Part shown: in pieces, positions 10,045 to 17,029 of the stretch
Layout: every line of letters starts with the position of its first letter
How positions within the stretch are numbered: position 1 is the first letter of the stretch
Source of the DNA: an uncultured Prevotella sp.
GTDB lineage: Bacteria > Bacteroidota > Bacteroidia > Bacteroidales > Bacteroidaceae
Assembly (NCBI GenBank): GCA_900318855.1
Contig: ONMG01000239.1
Location: forward strand, 1-37,095
Length of the DNA: 37,095 nucleotides
Direction of reading: 5' to 3'
Position numbers and translations under genes: made by a program
Notes under the pieces: model-generated
Told to the model about the DNA's origin: nothing
The model's database searches: none
The model's input: the letters and a program-made list of their open reading frames with translations, nothing else

Positions 10045-10086
10045 AAAAAATCCTGCCCTACTGCTGAATGCAGAGTGGGGCAGGAT
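10045..10086 (-). terminator. Rho-independent terminator of the DnaJ-like gene
   Basis: ATCCTGCCCTACT / AGTGGGGCAGGAT stem followed by a T-run on the minus strand (AAAAAA 10045-10050), about 10 nt after the stop. Confidence 0.75.
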
Positions 10087-10095
10087 GATGAAGGG

Positions 10096-10785
10096 TCAGC
10101 CCTGGCGCATCTCCTCAAGGAGTTGGCGCTGGTGAAGACTGAGATGGGTGGGCAGCTTCACGTTGTAAGTTAGAATCAAGTCACCGAAGGTGCCGTCGCC
10201 CCTGTCGTAGCCTTTGCCGCGCAGACGCACCTTGGTGCCGTTCTGCGTCTCAGGTTTCACTTTTAGCTTAATCTTCGACCCATTGCTGAGCTGCACTATC
10301 ACCTCACCACCAAGAAGCGCCGTGTAGAGGTCGATATTGATAGCGGCATTCATCTCGCCTGTGCTTCTGCGTGCACTGGTCCGTGAGGAGCGTGTTGAGC
10401 CGAAGTCGCCGAAGAGATCGCGGAAGAAGCTTGAGTAGCCGCCTCCGCCAAAATCGCTGAAGTCGAAGCCCTCGAAAGGCGAACCGCCATTCGAAGAACT
10501 CCAATGGAACTCAGTGCCGCCGTTGCCCCCTCCGCCAGAGGCAGCATTGAAGGCGTCGGCCTCGCGCCATTTTTCACCGTACTGGTCGTACTTGCGTCGC
10601 TTTTCGGGATCGCCAATGACATCGTAAGCCTCGTTGAGCGCTTGGAACTTGGCCTTTGCCTTTGGGTCATCAGGGTGCAAGTCGGGATGGAACTGCTGAG
10701 CGCGCTTGCGGTAGGCAGCTCTCACATCCTTTTGCGGGATGTTACGGTCAACACCCAGAATCTTGTAGTAATCAATAAAAGCCAT
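10096..10785 (-). CDS. DnaJ/CbpA-family co-chaperone (J domain, G/F linker, single C-terminal domain)
   Basis: DYYKILGV, HPD, INEAY-like LNEAYDVIGD, RRKYDQYG, G/F-rich linker, RLRGKG...GDL. Confidence 0.9.
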   Translation of the reverse strand: MAFIDYYKILGVDRNIPQKDVRAAYRKRAQQFHPDLHPDDPKAKAKFQALNEAYDVIGDPEKRRKYDQYGEKWREADAFNAASGGGGNGGTEFHWSSSNGGSPFEGFDFSDFGGGGYSSFFRDLFGDFGSTRSSRTSARRSTGEMNAAINIDLYTALLGGEVIVQLSNGSKIKLKVKPETQNGTKVRLRGKGYDRGDGTFGDLILTYNVKLPTHLSLHQRQLLEEMRQG

Positions 10786-10836
10786 ATCCTTATCCTTTCT
10801 CTATGTAAATTCTATTCTTTTGTCATAGAAATCCAT

Positions 10837-10852
10837 AGCAAAAGGTATGCCA
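10837..10852 (-). promoter_or_regulatory. Putative sigma54 (RpoN)-type -24/-12 promoter
   Basis: Minus strand TGGCATACCTTTTGCT, an exact GG-N10-GC match, about 50 nt upstream of ATG 10785. Confidence 0.6.
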
Positions 10853-10894
10853 CAGCCTCTACTGATGACAGTGGAGTGTAAAATAATCAGCTGC

Positions 10895-12748
10895 TTACAG
10901 CTCCACGCTCGCCCCTGCCATCACCGTGGCGCGGGGCATGACGAAGCCTGCATTCACCTCGTAGTGCTGTGCCAGCAGATTCTCACCATGGACAAATAGT
11001 TTCACGGCCCGGTTCAGGCGCAGTGAGACCGTGGCGTCCCAAAGCCAGAAGTTCTCGGTCGAAGCACTGCTGACGTCGGTGTGGAGACCCTCAATCCATT
11101 GCAGCCCGGTGTGGATGTCGAAGCGGCCCCGTTGCCAGTTGGCTCCCATGAAAAGCTTGTGCTGGGGAGCTGCCGTGAGTGTGCGGCTGGTGTGGAGAAA
11201 ACTGTAGTTGGCATTCAGTTGCAGGTGCTCACTGGTCATAAAGGAGGCCAGAAGCTCAAAGCCTGAGTTCTCGGTACTGCCAGTGTTGATGTTCTTTGGA
11301 CGGCCTTCTATCATTTGTGTAGTGATGAGGTCTGTAGCATTGATATAGAACAGATTGAGTCCATAACTCAGTCGACTATTCATCAGACGCTGACGCAGCG
11401 AAAGCTCATAGTTCCACAAGTGTTCCGGGATAAGGTCGGCGTTGGCGGGGCGGTACATGTAGAGCTCGCGCAAGGTAGGGTTGCGGAAGCCCTTGCTCAC
11501 GAGTGCGCGCAGCTCCATGTCGTGAGGCAGGCGTGCGGTGAGCCCGCCCTGGGGTATCCACTCGTTACCCGTGACGCTGTGATGGTCGAGGCGCAGTGCC
11601 GCGTCGGCCGTGAGCCAGGATGTCAGTTCCTGTCGGATGTTGGCATATCCTGCCACCTCATTGACGGTGCGGTTGGCAATATCGGTGTGGCTGCCGTCGG
11701 CCATTGATTTCTGCCAGGCATGACCACCGAAGCGCTGATAGTCGAAACCCACCGTGAGGCGTGTGGTGGGGAAGAGCGTGAGGCTCTCATAGGCCGAGAT
11801 GCCACCCATGCGGTCGTTGTGCATGTAGAAGGCGGTCTGTGCGGGGCGTTCGGCAGTGTGCCCGTCATTGATGTGATGATGGCCCCAGTTATAGAAGATG
11901 CGCACTGCTCCCGACATGCTACCGTAGTCGTTGGTGAGCGAGAGCGTGGCCATACCTCGGGTGATCATCATGTCGTTGTCGATGAGCGGTGAGGAGACGG
12001 GTCCGGGATTGGACGACTCTTGATAAGCGATGTTCACGTTGCCCTGCAGCTGCCAGTAGCGCGAGAGGTCGTAGCCGAGCTTGAGAAAACCGCTCTTCTG
12101 ACTGAAGGCCGAGTTGGGGCGATGGCCGTCGGTGCGCTCATAGTTCACTGCAGCTGTTGAGGAGAATCGCCCCCGGCGCATGCTATTGGAGGCTGTACCG
12201 ATGAAGGTGCCGTAGCTGCCGCCCTGCAGATGAATGTCGGTGTGGGTGCCGTCCGTGGCCGTCTGCCGCGTCACGATGTTCACTACACCGCCCATGGCAT
12301 TGCTGCCGTAGATAGCCGAGGCCGGTCCGCTGACCACCTCCACGCGCTCGGTCATCATGGTCTGATAAGTGTCGGCAAGAGGGTGACCGTAGAGTCCGGC
12401 ATACTGTGGCAGTCCGTCGATGAGCACGAGCAAGTCGGCTGAGCCTCCGATGCCCCTCACCTTGATGGTGCCTGCCGATCCCGTGCTCAGTCCGTAGCCC
12501 AGGACGCCGCGGGTGGTGACGAAGAGTCCGGGCACCTGCTGAGAGAGCGTGGGCAACAGCGAAGGCTGATAAGAAGCCGTGAGCTGGTGGCGGTCTACGA
12601 TGGACACGTCGAGTGGCAGATGGCGCATGTCGGAGCGGTAGCGTGTGCCGGTGACCACTACATCACGGAGAGTCAGCGTATCGCGCTGCGCAAAAAGCGG
12701 ACTGGCCGCACCGAGCAGTGCGGCCAGAAGTAGATGAATTTTGTTCAT
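10895..12748 (-). CDS. TonB-dependent outer-membrane receptor (compact BtuB/CirA-like, not SusC)
   Basis: Signal peptide LFA|Q, TonB box DVVVTG, plug motifs VRG, VLIDG, ERVEVVSGPASAIYGSNAMGGVVNIVT, barrel ending ENLL...GASVEL. Confidence 0.92.
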   Translation of the reverse strand: MNKIHLLLAALLGAASPLFAQRDTLTLRDVVVTGTRYRSDMRHLPLDVSIVDRHQLTASYQPSLLPTLSQQVPGLFVTTRGVLGYGLSTGSAGTIKVRGIGGSADLLVLIDGLPQYAGLYGHPLADTYQTMMTERVEVVSGPASAIYGSNAMGGVVNIVTRQTATDGTHTDIHLQGGSYGTFIGTASNSMRRGRFSSTAAVNYERTDGHRPNSAFSQKSGFLKLGYDLSRYWQLQGNVNIAYQESSNPGPVSSPLIDNDMMITRGMATLSLTNDYGSMSGAVRIFYNWGHHHINDGHTAERPAQTAFYMHNDRMGGISAYESLTLFPTTRLTVGFDYQRFGGHAWQKSMADGSHTDIANRTVNEVAGYANIRQELTSWLTADAALRLDHHSVTGNEWIPQGGLTARLPHDMELRALVSKGFRNPTLRELYMYRPANADLIPEHLWNYELSLRQRLMNSRLSYGLNLFYINATDLITTQMIEGRPKNINTGSTENSGFELLASFMTSEHLQLNANYSFLHTSRTLTAAPQHKLFMGANWQRGRFDIHTGLQWIEGLHTDVSSASTENFWLWDATVSLRLNRAVKLFVHGENLLAQHYEVNAGFVMPRATVMAGASVEL

Positions 12749-12766
12749 GAAGATTTGGGGTGGTTG

Positions 12767-13762
12767 TTATTTCTTGTCAATATTTATCAAGGTGTACTTC
12801 TTCGAGCCCAGCCCAATCTTCTCAGCCCAGTCGATGGTGTGGGTGCCATGCTTTTTGTCGATGCGCTTTATCAAATCGGTGGGGTCGTTTTTGACCGTGA
12901 CTTTCTGCTGGTTGATGATGTCGACGCAAGCCTGGTCGAGCGCCACGGGGTCGGTGCTGGCGAGTATGCCGTAGTCCTCCAGCTTAACGGGGGCCGGATG
13001 ATCCACACAGTCGCAGTCGATGCTCATGTTGTTCATCACTGAGATGTAGATGATGCCGTTTTCCTTCTTGAAGTAGTCGACCACGGCCTGGGCGGCAGCT
13101 GCCATACTCTCAAGAAATCCGTCCTGGTCACCAATGTATTTCGGTGTCCACAGCGAGTCCATGTTGAGCTTGGTCATCTTACCAGCCGAGTGGATGTAGG
13201 CTTTGCCGTTGGCTGAGGCGCAACCGATGGAGAGGTTCTTCAGCGCACCGCCGTAGCCGCCCATGGGATGTCCCTTGAAGTGGTTGAGGCACACCAAGAA
13301 GTCGTAGTTGGCCAGATGTCCGCCCACGATGTCGAAGTTCAGATGGGTGTGGTCTCTGACGGGGATGCGGATTTCATCGTATTCGTCCATGATGTCCACG
13401 GCGAAATACTTGGTGAATCCGTGGCGGTCGATAACCTTCCAGTGGTTGGCCGAGTTGTTGCGCACATCTTTGGGGTCGCCGCCATAGGCGGTGTTGTTCT
13501 CTACGATGGTGCCATCGACATCGTAGACGAGATCCTTGATGAGCTCGGGCTTGAGGTAGTTGGGATTCGAGCCTTCACCGGTGCTCACCTTCACGGCAAC
13601 GCGGCCTTTGGCCTTCACGCCAAGGGCTTTATAGATGCGCACAAGGGAGGCGGGAGAAATCTCGCGGGTGAGGTAGACCTTGGACTGTGCCCAGGCGGTG
13701 GTACCCATGGCCAGGAGCATGCATAGAGCAAGGGCTCTAAGATGAGAATGTGTCATAGTCAT
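12767..13762 (-). CDS. DUF362-family (putative Fe-S) protein with signal peptide
   Basis: AVKVSTGE, NTAYGG, LNHFKGHPMGGYGGALKNLSIG, IDCDC, GILASTDPVALDQAC; signal peptide AWA|Q. Confidence 0.8.
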   Translation of the reverse strand: MTMTHSHLRALALCMLLAMGTTAWAQSKVYLTREISPASLVRIYKALGVKAKGRVAVKVSTGEGSNPNYLKPELIKDLVYDVDGTIVENNTAYGGDPKDVRNNSANHWKVIDRHGFTKYFAVDIMDEYDEIRIPVRDHTHLNFDIVGGHLANYDFLVCLNHFKGHPMGGYGGALKNLSIGCASANGKAYIHSAGKMTKLNMDSLWTPKYIGDQDGFLESMAAAAQAVVDYFKKENGIIYISVMNNMSIDCDCVDHPAPVKLEDYGILASTDPVALDQACVDIINQQKVTVKNDPTDLIKRIDKKHGTHTIDWAEKIGLGSKKYTLINIDKK

Positions 13763-13926
13763 ACTTTTAAATCATTTGTCTAACGTCTGCAAAATTAAGC
13801 TATTTCTCTCAAATAAGCGCTATCAGAAGCCTCTCTTTTCTTGCACATATTGCGGTATTTTGTGCCCAAATTGCGGTTATCGACAAAAAGGAAAGGTAGG
13901 AAGGTGACAATGAGCGGCGAAAGCGT

Positions 13927-13934
13927 TATCTTTG
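13927..13934 (+). promoter_or_regulatory. -7 promoter element upstream of the PfkB gene (divergent TAATTTTG for DUF362 at 13797-13790)
   Basis: TATCTTTG followed by CA, about 120 nt before ATG 14056. Confidence 0.5.
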
Positions 13935-14055
13935 CAGTTGGAATCATTGGACGTCGGCTGAGCTTTGCTTCAGCGGAGGCGATACTGCCGGAGAACGGCC
14001 GTCGGGGGCCGAAATCGTGAGAGCTTTATATTAAATTGAAATAGAGTGATTTGTT

Positions 14056-15087
14056 ATGTTCTTCAGTGAGAAGTTATTGCGCAGAGGTCGGGTGCTTCTG
14101 CTGCTTGTAGTGTTGATTGGGTTTGCCAGTAACACTATTCATGCCCAGGGACGGCGCACTGTGTATTGTATGGGTGAGACCGTGCTCGACATTCTTTTCA
14201 GGGGCTCCACACCGCTCAGCGCCAATGCCGGTGGCTCGGCGCTCAACTCCTCGGTGTCGCTTGGCAGGGCCGGTGTCAGCACTTCGTTTATCGGCGAAGT
14301 GGGCACCGATTCCACGGGTACCCATATTATGGATTTTCTGAAGGCCAATGGCGTGGGCACGGAATGTCTGCGTCGGTGTGAGGGCATGAGAACCACTGTG
14401 TCGCTGGCCTATCTGAACGATAAGAATGATGCCCGCTATGTGTTTTTCATGGATTCACCTAATGACCGTCGGTCAACGGCAGTGCCCCACTTTCGCAAGG
14501 ACGATGTGCTGCTCTTGGGGTCGTTCTATGCCGTGAACCCAAGCAACAGGGAGCGAGTGGTCCAAGTGCTGAGCGAGGCTCGCCGACAGGGAGCAATCGT
14601 CTACTATGACGTGAATCTCCGGTCGCCCCACGCCTCAATGCTGCTGCAACTGAGGCCTTTCATCCTCGAACTTATCCGCCAGGCCAGTGTGGTGAGGGCA
14701 AGTAGAGGTGACCTGCGCATGGTGTTCGGTTCGGAGAATGCTGACTCTATATATAATAAGGTTGCAGCTCCGCTCTGTCCTCGGTTCATTTGTACAAGAG
14801 GTGCCGACACAGTGAGCATCTTCACGCCTCAAGGTCGATTCAACTTTCCGGTGAAGCCCATAAAGCCCGTGAGTACAATAGGTGCGGGTGACAATTATAA
14901 TGCCGGATTCATCTTTGGTCTGCTCCATGAGAACATCACGCAGGAGCACCTCGTGAAAGGACTGGGTTCGAAGGAGTGGAGCAGACTGGAGGATGCGGCT
15001 CAACGATTCTCACAGGACTGCTGCATGCATTTGGGCAACTATATCAGCGAAGCGCTAGGGCAGCAACTCCGACAGACAAGGCCATGA
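14056..15087 (+). CDS. PfkB/ribokinase-family carbohydrate kinase with N-terminal signal-peptide-like extension
   Basis: GETVLD, AGGSALN, FIGEVGTD, YYDVNLR, STIGAGDNYNAGF. Confidence 0.88.
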   Translation: MFFSEKLLRRGRVLLLLVVLIGFASNTIHAQGRRTVYCMGETVLDILFRGSTPLSANAGGSALNSSVSLGRAGVSTSFIGEVGTDSTGTHIMDFLKANGVGTECLRRCEGMRTTVSLAYLNDKNDARYVFFMDSPNDRRSTAVPHFRKDDVLLLGSFYAVNPSNRERVVQVLSEARRQGAIVYYDVNLRSPHASMLLQLRPFILELIRQASVVRASRGDLRMVFGSENADSIYNKVAAPLCPRFICTRGADTVSIFTPQGRFNFPVKPIKPVSTIGAGDNYNAGFIFGLLHENITQEHLVKGLGSKEWSRLEDAAQRFSQDCCMHLGNYISEALGQQLRQTRP

Positions 15088-15137
15088 GAAGGTTGTCTCT
15101 AAAGGATAGATAAATAACAACTAATACATCAAATGAT

Positions 15138-16097
15138 ATGACGAACAACAAAATGGAGACGGCTTGGCCAGGACCAGCTGGAATGATACCTGTAACCAGC
15201 GGCCGCCCCGACGATGCCAATGTTCATACTCGGGCCTACTTCGACCATATTCTCGTGGAGATGCGCACCATCGATGCTGTGATGCCCACTCTTGACACCC
15301 AACTGTTTGGTCTTCACTTGGCCACCCCTTTGGTGATGCCGGCATTCTCGCATCTCAACAAGGTAGTCAAGGATGGACGGAAACCTATGCTGGAATATGC
15401 CGAGGCTGCGAAGGAGTTGGGAATGCTGAACTTTGTAGGGATGGAGCCCGATGAAGAGTTTGCCGAGATTGCTGCTGTGGGGGCTCCCACGGTGAGAATC
15501 ATCAAACCCTTTGCCGACCATGACCGCATCTTCAGGGAAATAGAGTTTGCCGAAAGCCATGGCGCTGTGGCTGTGGGTATTGATATCGATCATGTGCCGG
15601 GCAAGGACGGGCAATATGACCATCCCGACAATCAGCCTTTGGGCCCCGTGATGCTTGATGATCTGATGGAGTATGTGAAAGCAGCTCATGTGCCTTTTGT
15701 GGCAAAGGGGGTACTCTCCGTCGACGATGCACAGAAATGCCACGAAGCCGGATGCAAGGCCCTGGTGGTGTCGCATCATCACGGACGGATGCCTTTCGCC
15801 ATGCCTCCGGCCGCCATGCTTCCAAGCATCAAAGAGGTCTTTGAGTATAGTGGAATGAAGGTGTTCTGCGACTGCCATATTGATTCGGGCTACGATGCCT
15901 ATAAGGCTTTGGCGCTGGGTGCTGATGCAGTGGCGCCAGGACGCTCAATTCTGAAGCCTCTATTGCAGGAGGGCAAAGAAGGAGTGGTGAGAACCATCAC
16001 GGAGATGCATCACCAGCTCATTGAGATGATGCTCTATACGGGGGTGAAGGACACCCATTCGTTTGATTCAACGGTGCTCCACATCGGTCAGCTGTGA
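15138..16097 (+). CDS. FMN-dependent alpha-hydroxy-acid dehydrogenase/oxidase family protein
   Basis: TPLVMPA, IDID, PFVAKGVLS, VSHHHGR (cf. SNHGGR), KALALGADAV. Confidence 0.85.
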   Translation: MTNNKMETAWPGPAGMIPVTSGRPDDANVHTRAYFDHILVEMRTIDAVMPTLDTQLFGLHLATPLVMPAFSHLNKVVKDGRKPMLEYAEAAKELGMLNFVGMEPDEEFAEIAAVGAPTVRIIKPFADHDRIFREIEFAESHGAVAVGIDIDHVPGKDGQYDHPDNQPLGPVMLDDLMEYVKAAHVPFVAKGVLSVDDAQKCHEAGCKALVVSHHHGRMPFAMPPAAMLPSIKEVFEYSGMKVFCDCHIDSGYDAYKALALGADAVAPGRSILKPLLQEGKEGVVRTITEMHHQLIEMMLYTGVKDTHSFDSTVLHIGQL

Positions 16098-16343
16098 TAA
16101 GTGCGATAGTGAATAAAGAGACCTTATTACTGTCCGCCACTCGAACACAACACGTGGAAGCCAAAACGGCATGCGGTTTGCGTCTTGACTGGCGCTACCG
16201 GAGTGGCTCCGATTCTGACCTGTTCGAGTGATCAGTCTTGAGGGAAAAAGTGGACAATCTGAAGTAATTAGGTGAAAATCTATTAATGGTAGAATGGCGA
16301 ACATTAAACAATGTTAAGCACTGGAAAAATAATTGGGGAAACC

Positions 16344-16374
16344 TTTGAATGGATAGAATTAATCACTATCTTTG
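16344..16374 (+). promoter_or_regulatory. Canonical Bacteroidetes promoter with no downstream CDS
   Basis: TTTG (16344-16347), 19-nt spacer, TATCTTTG (16367-16374). Confidence 0.8.
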
Positions 16375-16378
16375 CATC

Positions 16379-16448
16379 GTGTTTTTCATGGTATTAGATT
16401 ATTAAGGTTAATGAAAGATTGGTTGTCGTGAGACAATCAATTTTTTTT
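16379..16448 (+). ncRNA. Putative small RNA (~70 nt)
   Basis: Bracketed by a canonical promoter and an intrinsic terminator; no meaningful ORF. The 5' end is estimated. Confidence 0.68.
16417..16448 (+). terminator. Rho-independent terminator of the sRNA
   Basis: GATTGGTTGTC-GTGA-GACAATCAATT stem with a GNRA loop, followed by T8. Confidence 0.85.
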
Positions 16449-16596
16449 GTCCCTATCCCTTGCCCTTATCACTCCTTTACTTTCTTGCTTTTCCCCCGAG
16501 TGCCCATAACTGCTGGCACAGACATACGGAAGGCTTAGCCCTATGCTTGAAGCATCATCATGCTCATATTGACGAAGTAAGGCTTTGTTTGTCGAT

Positions 16597-16662
16597 TGTC
16601 CTTCATATGGTGTAGATAAGTCCTTCATATGGTGTAGATCAGTCCGTCATATGGTGGACGAT
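16597..16662 (+). repeat. Tandem repeat, 22-bp unit x3 (WGTCCKTCATATGGTGTAGATM), same family as 5674-5766
   Basis: Units start at 16598, 16620 and 16642; shared core CATATGGTG. Confidence 0.88.
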
Positions 16663-16879
16663 GTGAAGTCAGAAGGTGGACCCCCCGTTTGACTATTCTA
16701 TTGGTGGTGCATTGTTGGAACCTAGGGGGCATGCGCATTCGATGTAAAAAAATCCCTGGTAGCTCCATCTGCAGCCTTTCTTGGCTGAGCTATATTGAGG
16801 GGCTGGGGGAGCTGAGCGTGGGGAGAAGGTGCCGTATGCCAGTTGTGGTGAGTGAAGACGAAAAAAGGAGTCCAATTTC

Positions 16880-16910
16880 TTTGTCATTCCCTCTGATTGC
16901 ATTAACTTTG
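16880..16910 (+). promoter_or_regulatory. Promoter of the nucleoside permease operon
   Basis: TTTG (16880-16883), 19-nt spacer, TAACTTTG (16903-16910). Confidence 0.78.
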
Positions 16911-17029
16911 CAGCAAGCAAGTAGGCGGAGGAAGCATGGTGCGCTCACCGCATCCTCTGCCGGGCATTGAAATGTGTCGACTGCTGAACCGTAACATGAT
17001 GATAGAAGACAACTTAATTTGAAGAAGAT

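Noticed and set aside
13763-14055. Cobalamin or TPP riboswitch for the TBDR/DUF362 or PfkB genes
   Set aside because: No B12-box or TPP consensus; only one small GCTGA/TCAGC hairpin near 13957-13974.
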